DNA of 64,000 nucleotides, taken from Octopus vulgaris. Lineage: Eukaryota. How positions within the stretch are numbered: the first letter of the stretch is position 1; the number at the start of each line of letters is the position of its first letter. The stretch covers positions 34,162,001-34,226,000 of the forward strand of contig OX597814.1 in assembly GCA_951406725.2 (NCBI GenBank). The letters run 5' to 3'. This document shows positions 11,979 to 25,200 of this stretch, piece by piece. The notes beneath the pieces were generated by a model. That model saw only the letters and a list, made by a program, of their open reading frames with translations, was not told the DNA's origin and ran no database searches. The translations under genes and the position numbers were made by a program.

Positions 11979-14900
11979 CTACAAGGATTTAAAAAAAACA
12001 ACACAAAAAAAGACAATTTAATAACTAGAATGATGTGTGTTTGCATAAATGTAGATACAGAAACACTTAGAAATTGCAGTCAGAATTTATTAACTTTTGC
12101 GAAAATTAGGGAAATAATTCAAGCATGTAATAAAATGGTACATTTTTATTTAAGAAATACTTAATAAAATTCTAAAATAAGGTAATAAAAATATTATGAT
12201 ATTATATTACATTTGATGTGATATTAAGAATTAATGGATTATTCTAGCTCTAAAAGTAATAATAAAATACCTCTACATGAAATTATAACTCAATAATAGT
12301 CTTAAAAAGTGGAAAATTTAAACTCAATATCTGCATTAAAACTGGAATTCAAAAAAATATCCTGTGGTTATTAACTAATACTTCTAATATTTACTTGCAC
12401 TTTTCTGACTCTTTTGTGATTTTAAAAATAAAATGGCACATTCACATTAAGTTAATAACAACCATAACTAAAACTTATTTCTAAAATTATCTCAACTCTA
12501 TTTCAATACTTACTGAAGCAGAAATAGTTAACATACAATATTCATTCATCATCATTTAACTTTTCCATGCTGGCATGGGCTGGATGATCTGACAGGATTT
12601 GATGTCTCCAAGGTCATACTTGTCATACTCCAAGGTCATTTTGGCAAGGTTTCTATGGCTGGATGCCCTTTCTAATGCCAACCATTTTCAATGTAGAGTG
12701 GACACCTTTTTCATGCTACCTGCACTATTCAGGTTGTAATGCAGTTTGCAGAACTACAAATCCTGATGGTGGGGTAGCTTCATGCTAAGGGACAAGGGAA
12801 TTGAACTAAGAGAACCAGGAAGCAGTGCAGGTTCTTGTAGAAGATCTGCTTGGCTACAATAGTAGGGGGAGAGTACAGACAGAGAAAATGAACAGTAGGA
12901 GCTGTTAAGATAAATATTGGCGGTGAGGTACATCAATGGTCCCACAAGGCACAAGGTGGGTTGAAGAATCAGTTTGCAAAACTGTATGGAAAACACAACC
13001 AGACTGACAGAATGGATAGGGTGGGGGAAAGCAGTAGGAGTAATAAAGATGATACAGTTGTCAGTGGAGAAGGACAAGAGAGAGGGATGTCACGGCTGGT
13101 CAATGCAGCAACTTTGCTTACAAACATATATAAGAAACAGCCATGATCTAATGTTCCCTTGGCTAAGCACAGTCACTGTTTTGCATGGTTGGTAGTATAG
13201 TCCTTGAATTGACTCTAGTGTATTAATGATATTTATTTCTTGCAGTGTAAAAAACTGAATACAATAAGGCATTTCTGGCAATATGCCACTATTATTTCTG
13301 CTTAATAATCAAAACATTCATATATGCTCTGATAATTTTTATTTATATCAGAAAATGTGAGCAGCTGTGTTATCAATTATAGGTTTCAAATAGGACAATC
13401 ACTGGTTCACTTATTTCCAACAAGGAGAGAGACAAAGGAGTGTCTAATGACGTAGAACAAATATTGCAAGAAACTTCATTTAAAGAGGACTGGTTTTATG
13501 GCTTTCTTGTAATTATTAACAACCTTTACTAATATACTTTGGCAAAAATACACATACACAAGCTTTTATATATATTGGGTCATCCCATAAATAAAGTGGT
13601 TCTTTCAATTATATGAACTAAAAGTCAGACGGGACGGGATAAGCAACTTTCATCAACTTGCTATAAAAGCAGGTAGTAATGTTACCTTGTCCTTATTCTT
13701 AGTGTAAGTTTTGAAGGGTGCAATTCGATTTTAACAGTTATTTTTTTCAAAGCTAATGGAAATGACAAAGGAGCATGTTTGGCATATTCTGCTTTATGAG
13801 TTCAATAAAGGCAACAATGCAATGGAAAGTGCGAGGAAGATTAATACAGTATACGGGGGGAATGGACAATGTACATAAGCCAGTGTCAACTGTGGTTCCA
13901 GAAATTCCGAGCTGGAAACTACAGCCTAGAAGACAAGCCTCATTCTGGAAGAACTGTAGAGCTCGACGAGGATGTCCTGCAAACCCTGGTGGAACAAAAT
14001 CCCATCGTAATTGTTGAGGAACTAGCAGAGAAGCTTGGATCTGGTCATTCAACCATTCATTGACACCTGCGTACCATTGGAAAAGTCAGACCTATACAGT
14101 ATATTCAGAAATTATGTCAGTGCCACCAGACTGGCTCCCATGCCAGTGGTACATAAAAGCACCCACTACACTCTTAGAGTGGTTGGCATCAGGAAGGGCA
14201 TCCAGCTGTAGAAACCTTGCCAAATCAGATTGGACCCAGCTTGCCAGTTCTCAGTCAAACCATCCAACCCATGCCAGCATGGAAAGCAGATATTAAATGA
14301 TGTTGATGATGATGATTAAAAGCATTCCTAAAACAATTAGTATTAAGGGATTAAAAATGCTATAAAATATAAAACAATGTTTAAAAAATATACAGAAATA
14401 AAAAGGGAAACACATTGTTGGTCTTTTATTGATAAATTTTGCTTATCAATAAAATATCTAAATAAAGCACATAACTTCTAAAGGAATGTCTATGGTTTAA
14501 TATAGCTGGACAAAAAGAAAAAATAAATGTCAAACTTACCGGGATTGAACTGTTCTGCAGAAAACCGAGTAATTAATATGCCTACACCTTCAATTAATGC
14601 AAGTAGTACACCACCTGATGAAAGAAAGGTTGTATACAGAGGATTTGTGACAAAGCAAACAGTGAACACATGGTTCACGGCTGATAAATATCAAGGAGTG
14701 ATGTTCGTAGAGGCCACACCTCATGGAAAATTAGCCCATAGATTTAAGAAGGCTCTGAAGGACATCAAACTCAAACTCAACATTAAGATTGTTGAGAAAC
14801 CAGAGAGCTCCATCAGATCATAATTACATAGGACACACCCCTTCAAAAATACTGGATCTTTTCTGTTTGGCTGCCCAATTTTCAATCTCTTCAATTGCTG

Positions 14901-17900
14901 TTCAAATTGATTTCATATTTGGTGTAATGATATAGTTTTATATGCTAAATCAATGCCTTGAAATTCATTTTCGCCATAAATAAATTAATAAAGAGTTAAT
15001 AGCTTTTAAATTTTGCAAATTTGGGGTAAGCTCCATGCACCCTCAGTTTCTCCAAGGGTGCAAGAAGCTACCTTAATCTTATCAACTCTGAAACTATAAA
15101 TGCATCTGATAAGTATTCATGAAACAGCTTGAATGTTAATAAAGCTATATTTAGCTTATCTTTATATATAACTTTTATTATTTACTTGTTTCAGTCATTA
15201 GACTGTGGCCAAGCTGGAGCACTGCCTTGAAGAGTTTTTAGTTGAATGAATCAACCCCAGTACTTTTCCTAAGCCTGGTACTTATTCTATAGGTCTCTTT
15301 TGCTGAACTGCTATGTTATCAGGACATAAACAAACCAATACAGGTTGTCAATACTTTTGTGTCTGATTATTAGACCTAAGGAATCTTAAAAAAAAACATA
15401 AAAAGGATCTATAATTAGAGAATTAAAGCTAGGTCCACCACTCATGCATATTATCTGAAGCACTCTCTATAACATTTGGAATAATATCTAAAAAGGTAAA
15501 TTTGCCCAAATGAAAGAATATCAACTTACCAATTATTGCTGAACCAACCATTGCACCAGCACCATCTGCAATAAAAGAGTTAAAAAAAACTAGTCAACAG
15601 AAAGACACATAAGTTTCATCACAGCATGAAAGTAGGCATCAGAAGATTCCAAATCAATTTTCTCCATTTTATGCTAAGAGTAAGAATATACAAGAGCTTT
15701 ACAGAATGTTTCCAAGACTGGATGCAGCAAAAGAGAAATAATCACTACTAAGTTACCCTTAAACAAGACACTTGGTAAGAATCTTACAATGGTATTAACT
15801 CTGTAAGCAATATCTAATTACTAGTTGGAGATGTTGAACCAGGTGGGAAACAAAGTCCATCCATATACTTCATCTGACGGATGGACTTCCTTACAGTTTC
15901 ACAAGGTTTGGGTTAACTGGAAGCAATGGTAAGAGACCTCCTAAATGCAGTGCAATGGAACCAAACCCAGAAGCATGATTATGAAGTAAACTCCTTGGTA
16001 GACTGAAACTGAAAGAAGCCTGTCGTATATATGTATATATATATATATGTGTGTGTGTGCTTGTGTGTCTGTGTTTGTCCCCCTAGCATTGCCTGACAAC
16101 CGATGCTGCTGTGTTTATGTCCCCGTCACTTAGCGGTTCGGCAAAAGAGACCGATAGAATAAGTACTGGGCTTACAAAGAATAAGTCCTGGGATCGATTT
16201 GCTCGACTAAAGGCGGTGCTCCAGCATGGCCGCATTATGAAGTAAACTCCTTAACTGCTCAGTTATTCAGCTAACCACTAAAGTAGGCAAAAGTCTATAT
16301 TTCAATAAATAATTTCTTATGAAGTTAAAGAAGATACAGTTAAATTCTAAACTATACAATTAAATAACAAAATTTGATACATCTTTAAAGTATTAAAAAT
16401 TTTTTGTGTGTAATATTAACAAGGTATGAAGTTTGTGCCTAAAATATATTTGGAAAGTTGTTTCAAAGAAATTCCTTGTGAGTGCATTTGTCAGAGACTG
16501 ACAAGTAACCCACTGTGCATGTGTTACTGTCTCCTTTCCTTGACATCACATGATAGTTGTAAACAAGTGTTACTATCATGCAAGCAGTGTCCTTCATTTC
16601 CAATCTTCTATGGAAATGTGTTTGTCATAGAGGGTTGGGAGCAATAAGGGCATCTTCTAGCAAAGGAAGTTCACTTCAGTAAATTCCATCCAACACATGC
16701 AAGCAAGGAAAAAAGTATGTTAAAAAAAAATGATGATAAAAGTAAAAGTAGTACTAACCAATGAATTAAAACTAATTGCCCAATGAGGTAAAACTAATAA
16801 GGACAAAACCTATTTTCAGATTATAATTAAAGCAATATTGGCTTTGTGTGTAATTAAAATTTTAGATATTCTAACCCTTCAGCTTTTAAATCAGACATAT
16901 CTGGCCCAAATATTCTACCTGTTTTATGTTCAAAGTGGCCAGGTCTGGACAATCACAGTTAACCTTCAATGTCATTTTAAAACTGTACAATCACATCATC
17001 AAAATCTCAAAACTATGAGATACTGTTTGACTAATTCAAACAATGTAACTGAATAAGCATTACATTTGGCATCTAAATGTAACGTCCGTTTTCCGCGCTA
17101 GCACGGGTTGGACGGTTCGACCGGGGTCTGGGGAGCCAGGGGCTGCCCCAGGCTCCAGTCTGATCTGGCAGTGTTTCTACAGCTGGATGCCCTTCCTAAC
17201 GCCAACCACTCCGTGAGTGTAGTGGGTGCTTTTTATGTGCCACCTGCACAGGTGCCAGAGGGGTCTGGCATCGGCCACGATCGGTTGGTGTTTTTTTATG
17301 TGCCACCGGCACAGAAGCCAGTCAGTGTACATGCACTTGACTCAACAGGTCTCCTCAAGCACAGCGAGATGTTCCGGGATCCCATGATCGGTTGGTGCTT
17401 TTTATGTGCCACCGGCACAGAAGCCAGTCGAGGCGGTGACATCTAAATGTAAAAGGGTTAGCTTTCAATGGAGACTAAATGAAAAGATGTTTGAGTTAAT
17501 CTTAGAAAATTAGAAATAAAACAGATAACTTACTTCGGATAGAGAGCACGGCTCCTGTCAGTGCACCACTTGTGATTGAATTCCAAGGGTCTTCTTTTTT
17601 TCGAATATAAACTAAAGAGCAATCAATAGCTGAAAACAGGCCTCCCCAAACTGCAAAATTACCTGTGAGAAAACAAAAAGACAACTGAAAATAACTTGTA
17701 CAACTAAATACTGAAATAATATATAAACGGCCATGCTGAGGCACCACAACAGTGGTGCCCCAGCAAGGTCGTAGCTTTCGGGCTGAAACACTTTTAAAGA
17801 TTTAAGGAAAGCTTAGCTGTCACTTGTTAGTGTGACTAGGTAATTTGTACCATGCTTTTGCTAATATATATATGATTTATAAATGCACTGTCCTTAATAC

Positions 17901-19242
17901 ATTATACAATTCTACACCCACATATATAGGAACAACCATAAATTTTAAACAACGATATGCCGCTCACCTCCATTCCTTTAGATACGATAAACATAGTAAA
18001 TCTACAACACTAGCCAGTCACATCATCTCAAAAATACAAATATACCTTATACGTTGTCATGGTTCATATTTATTCAGGGCTTCCTTACCAAGCTTTGCTT
18101 GAAGGAGGTACTCCACATATTAAAGCATAACTCTTCAACACTACTAAATAAACATGAGGTCGTAAGCACATGCAACCACTGCTTTTTTCATGCCTTCAAA
18201 TTCTACCACAAATCTAAATGCCTAGATAACCACACAGTATATTTCCACAATACCCCATAGGTAATCCCCAACAACCTTATGAATCTCCATTTTAAATTCT
18301 AATCCTTATCTAACTCCCATTCTTACTTTAGGATCACAATCATTTAATTATATATATATATATATGTGTGTGTGTATGTATATACATACATATATGAACA
18401 TAATCGAAGGGCCTTAGAGTCAATCTAGCTAAAACCAAAGTCCTAATGAGTAGGAAGGTAGACAAATCACAAACGCCTTTAGGTAGATGGCCCTGCTCGA
18501 TCTGTAGAAAAGGTGTAGGTAGAAACTCTATAAGATGCACCAAGTGTAAGCTATGGAACACATAAGAGGTGCAGCAATGTCAAAGGAAGGCTAACTAGGA
18601 AGATGGTTTTTGTATGTGGCAGATGCTCAGGAACAATAAACACTGAAAATGCTCTGAGACCAACTTCTGTCACTTTCCAGAAATAGTTGATAGCTTCCAT
18701 TACCTAGGTGACCAAGTCAGCAGCGGGGGCAGGTGTGCTGAATGTGTAACTGCTAGAGTAAGAATAGCTTGGGCAAAGTTCAGAGAGCTCTTACCTCTGC
18801 TGGTGACAAAAGGCCTCTCGCTCAGAGTAAAAGGCAGACTATATGACGCATGTGTACGAACAGCCATGCTACAAGTCAGTGAAACATGGACCGTGACTGC
18901 TGAGGATATGCGTAAGCTTGCAAGAAATGAAGCCAGTATGCTCCGATGGATGTGTAATGTCAGTATTCATATTCGACAGAGTGTAAGTACCTTGAGAGAA
19001 AAGCTGGACCTAAGAAGCATCAGATGATGATATATATATGCAAAATGTGGCTGCGTGTGTACCGTTGGCGATTTTTTTCCCTCCGTCTTCCCTTCTCTGG
19101 ATCTTTCTTTTTCCTATGTTTCTGACGAAGAGCTCCGCTTGAAATGTAAAACCCTCCTTCTTCCCTTCCTTCTTGAGCGTTCAATAATACTATATTTGTT
19201 CCACGTCCTCGCGTTGTTGTGTTTTCATGTTTGGATTAACTT

Positions 19243-19273
<31 letters not shown>

Positions 19274-22200
19274 ATGTGTTTGTATACATATAAACGAGTA
19301 TGTATGAGTATATGTATAGCTATTTTATTTAAATATGGATTTGCATGTGGATATATGTAAGTATATATATGTACACATATGTGCCTGTGTGTGTGATTGC
19401 AAGTGTGTATATATACATACATATGATTATGCATGTGTGTTTGCATGCATACATTTATATATACAAAAATAGATACGAATAAGCATATATATGTGTGAAT
19501 GAGTGTGAACATACATGAGTTTGTATATGTATGCCTATGTTGAAGTATGTCTATATATGTGTGGGTGTGTGTATACATCATCATCATTGTTTAACGTCCG
19601 CTTTCCATGCTGGCATGGGTTGGACGATTTGACTGAGGACTGGCGAACCAGATGGCTGCACCAGGCTCCAATCTTGATCTGGCAGATTTCTACAGCTGGA
19701 TGCCCTTCCTAACGCCAACCACTCCGAGAGTGTAGTGGGTGCTTTTACGTGGCACCGGCACGAGGGCCAGTAAGGCGGTACTGGCAACGGCCACAAAAAA
19801 AATCTTTCTTTTTTTTCTCTCCAGATATACACTCATACATTCTTTCTTTCTTTTCCTACTCATCACACGGCTATTTATAGCAACTTGACTTATATTCTTC
19901 ATTCTGCCTCAATTTTTACCACCAAAACTAATACCCACTTACACATCACCCTACCCTGACCTTCTCTCTACCTTTTCTATACCCATCCCCTAATGCAGCT
20001 CTATCACACCACCTCTGCTCACATACCTCACACTTTTTTACTCTTTACCCTCTCATCTCTCCCTTCCTCCTATCATTTTATCTTGACCACTAGCTAACAC
20101 ACCCTCTCTCATTTCATTTCGTTCCCTCTTCATTTTTTTTTTGTCACCCTCCCTTTTCCTTCTTCCTGTTTTTGATTTGACCTATCTCCTCTTTCTAATC
20201 ATAGAAATCTCTCCTCCCTCCATCTATCCATTGATATTACAAACACATTCCCAGATTTTAATTCACATCAAAAATCCCCCTCGAACGAACAACACTGTTT
20301 ACAGGCTCTATGCTTGGAATGACAAAACATAACTACCATTGGAACTCACACATAATGTACAAGAAATTTCTTCACAACTTATATACACCATTCTACTTGA
20401 ATAATGGAACTGCAAATAGAATATCCTTATGTATCTCTATTTTCATTCTGTTACTTCCCTCTGTATTTCATATTTTCTCTACAATAATTAATACTCAAAC
20501 ATTTTCTTGCACCGTCTCTGATGAAGGCATATATAAAATATCCCGGAAACAGCTGTAAGACCTTGCAGTGGAAATAGTCTCAAGAGAAAATTCTCCTAGA
20601 CGTGTGTGGAAATATTTTTGTGAATGACATCATTGGATCACAAGACATATTTCTGTGTTTCTGCTTCCTCAAGTATGAAAACCAAATCAATCAATCACAG
20701 CCTGATAAGAATGGAATTATTCTTACTAAAACAGCATACAGAACATTAACTGATGTGCATAAAGCTTAGTCAAGCTAGAATTATATATATTCTATGCTAG
20801 CATAGGCGTGGCTGGGGAGTTATTTCAGGTGTCTTTGGAAGCTCAGAGAGACTGGAAAACAAGGAATATCTCTATTTTGCTCAATTGATGAAAAACACGG
20901 AATATCAACATGCAAACCTCTGTGAGTGTGTACAGAAGGCTGATCTCAAAATGCTGAACCTTATGAAGGAGATAACAGAGGACCAAGGTATGTGGTGCAT
21001 TGCTGTACTTGAGAAAACCCATCCACCACAACAGAATCAAGATCCTAAAACCAAGATTCCATTTAAAAAGCACTGGTGCTGATGCCACTTAAAAAGTACC
21101 AGTGATGATGCCACATAAATAAGCACCCAGTACACTCTGTAGAGTGGTTGGCATCAGAAGGGGCATCAAGCCATAGAAACCAAGCCAAAACAGATGATGG
21201 AACCTGGTGTGGCTCCTGGCCTTACCAATTCCTGTTAAGCTACTCAACACATGCCAGCACAGAAAACGAACGTTAAATGATGACGATGATGATATGCATA
21301 CATACATGGAGTCAGAGAGAAAGTATTGCATAATTTTTCAAAAAATATTGTGATGGGAGTATGACCTGAGAAGAACAAATGGCACCATAAGTACATACAG
21401 ATACGTATAGCACTTACCGCCAGTAACAGGAGCTCTCTGTTTGATGGAAACAAAACTGCCAATTAGTCGTCTGTAATGTCCCTGGAAAAAATACATAGAA
21501 ATCAGATTAATATTTTTGAATAAATAAACAGTTCATAAAAGGACTTAAGGAATATTTGACTCTTTGATATCAACTGTAAAAAACATTTTGTAATGCTTAA
21601 TGTGTTAATGGGTCACCAGTGAAAGCTTCATCAATCATATAATGACTACAGTTAGAAATTGCAAGTAAAACGTAATGGTCGAACTGTGAATCAGACTAAC
21701 ATCACATACTTTTCGCACTGTAAACAATATCTATTTAAATCTATGCACTAATAAATGTTAGATTATGAGAAAATCAATATATAGTGGCTTGTTCTGTCAG
21801 AAATAGCAGCCAAATAGCCCTCACATCACACCTCACTGTCTCAAAAAAGAAAGCCATAAAGGATGTCACCCTGGATACACTGAACATGAAAAATGGTTGG
21901 ATTATCATTGACAGAATGCCTTTTGATCACAGTTGACCTGGAGCTAATATCATGTGAATGGCATTTTTTAATAACCAGCTTTTTACATTGTACAGTATGT
22001 CTTGATATACAAATTAATTTGTTCCAAGAGACTGCTTGTAAAATGAAAACTCATAAAGCAGAGCAATACTTTCCCATAGTAGCAATGTTACAAACCATAA
22101 TTTATTCTACGAAAAATATTTTACCTATATTTATAATACTTGTGAATAAATGGCAATAAAACAACAGTAGAATGCAAAGAATATTTCATGTAAAGTATAA

Positions 22201-25200
22201 AGAATGTCAAGTTCATTTATAATAAAAAATATTATAATCGCATTCTGAATACATTTCACTAGACTCACATACAAACAAACCATCACTTGTAGATGCAATT
22301 GCCAATTCACAAGCACTTGTAGACAGACTAGAGTTGATTGCTTAGAAGAAGCTTTTTTCTGCTCTCTATAAATTTCTTGGTAACATGCAGAAGCAATTAT
22401 TATGGTAGTAGAAACTTTTGCCATTCAAAATTTGGATCTTGTGCTTGGAAAATTTATTATAAATTAAAATTCGTAAACCTGGGGTCTCATAAAGCAGGTC
22501 CTCATTAAGTGAGGTATTACTGTACTGAGGAAAAAAAAACAACAAAAACATCTGAATGGCACAACTCTTCTCACAGAACATTGAAACCACTTATCAAGGT
22601 ATTATAGAATGATTTGAATCCAGAAACTATGTAGTTGTAAAGCAAATTTCTTTCTTACTCTATACAATCTTCAGAAACACGTGACAATGTACATTAATGC
22701 AAAATACTGTCATCTGCTGCCCTCCCTCCCAACATATCAAAGACGACTGAAAAAGTTGTAAACAAACTCTTTCATCAGCAACTATTCATTTTCTTTGATT
22801 ACCAGTATGGTTCCAGAAGAGCTACAGGTGCCTTACAATTGGCATGCACTGCTTCTAAGAACAGAGATAGGGAAAACATTCTCTAATGAAGATATAACAA
22901 ACAATTCTATCAACAAACTAAGATTTTAGACCCTATTGGTTACTGATACTGAACAGTATTCAAGTAAGACTTATATTGGAATCCTGGTCACAAAATTTAG
23001 ACAGTGCAACTGTTACAAGTATAATGACACTGCATTCAAAAACAAATACCATCTGGCAGACTAGTAAAGACTCAATCCCCAACATACTGAAACAGCTTAT
23101 ACACAAACTAGCCAGCTGTGCAATACTTTCACTCAGGATCAGCTGGTGCACTTGCTTTTCCAAATAATATCTACTGTCTCAATCAAGAGTATATAATAAA
23201 TACTTTGCTTGCCCACTTAACAGTGTGGACGTAAAATGCATCCAGTCCACATAGTAAAGTAGTTGGCATTTGGAACGGCATCCAGCAGTAAAAACCTTAG
23301 CAAAAGCAACCTTGCCTGTGCTCATGCCAAGTAAAAAGCACTCTGTCGTCTCTGCTGGGTGGTTGGTGTTAGGAATGGCATCCAGCAGTAAAAATCCTGC
23401 CAAAACAGACACAAAAGTCTGATGTAGGCTCCTGTCAAACTGTCCAACCCATACCAGAATGAGAAGGCGGATGTTAAATGATGGTGATGGATCATTTTAT
23501 CTCAAAACTGTCCATGTTTAACCAACAGAAATACAAACTGAACTCACCAGTCCTAGAAGGCCTGTAAAATTCACGAGTGTTGCTTCTTATCCAAGATTAA
23601 CGTAATTTTAAATTTGCAAATAGAAAGCTTTTAAGAACCCAGAGGCTACTTTGGTTAATCTAATATAAGTTTGAGGCTACTTGCAGTGTATGACTGAAAC
23701 CCTGTTCCCAAACAAGGTGCTCATTTTTTAGTTTGCCATGAAGACAATGGGTAAACTATATCAAATATAATTTGAAAGGAGATAACTAGTCTCTTTAATC
23801 TCAGTGGTGGCTACTCAATCCTACAGGAAACAGTTAACTAAAAACTATGTAGTGCTTACAGACAATTCAAAACTATCTTAAATCCTTCATTTTGTCTGCT
23901 TTTTACTGCTAGAATGGGTTGGAAAAATACATTTCAAGGCATTGTTTTATAAAGAAAAGAGTAATAGAATCCTGAAACAGTGAAACAACAAACAAACTTA
24001 CACTGGGTGCATTCCTAAATCCTTTGATTCCATGAAATACAGACCCTCCTATGGCACCCATAGAAAAGGCACCACCACAATCATCCACTATTCTCCAAGG
24101 ACTAAAAAAAAAAAGATGCAAAGAAAAAGAAATTGAAAAGTAAAGTGCATTAATTTGCATATAAATAATTTGATATTTCAAAAATGTATTTTATTCATGA
24201 CATCAATGTATGAAATTCTGAACAAAAACACGGGACAAAATTAGAAATTCGTTTTGTTACTTTATCTGTAAATAATGAAAAAAATTAGCTTGGGAAATTA
24301 ACTGAACGTTCCTGTTTTCTTCCTTATGTGTAAAATTAATTATCTTCTAGTTATTATTATTATTTTTTTTTTTTTTTGCTCAGGTAATAATTCTGAATTT
24401 CAGCAATATTGCAAGCTTTTTTTTTTAAAAAGGTACAATCTGTCGTTAAATTTTGTGCCTAGGAGCACTTTAAGAAATATTTAATGCAGCGTTGTTTTTC
24501 ATTAGCAGCACTCACTCAGTTTACGTAGCTAAAAGTGCACGACTTTGCCGAGGTGAACTTGCTCTGAATTTAAAGGTGAACTGTGAATATCATGGCAGTT
24601 TACAAGTTTAAACCTATCAATAGCTTCATGATTTGTCTACAAACAAGAAGCGATTTGAATACTTTAAAACAGAATTTAAAAATATATTTTTCATGTCAGT
24701 TGGTTAACCTTACGATATAAAGTAGAGAGAGAGAGAGAGAGATGTATAGACAATCTTAATTGCTTTCGGTTGAAATACATCGCCTGTTTCAATTTTTAGA
24801 ATAATAAGGAATTTAGTAAAATAACTTTATTATTGAGCTGGTGTTTGTTATAGATTAAGGAAATTTTGGTAGAAGATTCTATTTTAGATTACTTTAAAAC
24901 AGTAACTTTGATTCATAGAACCAGAGCGGTATCAAAAGGGTTAAACTGAGATCGATATGCAAAAAGTCTTCGAATAAAAGATCGATATTTTGTGACCGCA
25001 CGTCAAAAGTACATTAGTTTATCAGAAAGAGTGACAAATAGATTTCTGCTTTCTACTTCTCATTCGTAATTAAGAAGTATTTAATGACAAGTGAATACAA
25101 TTTTAATTGTATTCAGTATATTAAAACTGTAACCTCCGTCTAGGATGTTAGCAGAAGATATAACGAAGGTTAAGGGGAGAATAAAATTGCCAAGGTCAAA

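Noticed and set aside
14527-14823. 98-aa plus-strand ORF as a nested gene
   Set aside because: First half is the antisense of TIMM17 exon 6; second half looks like a transposon fragment ending in a premature stop.
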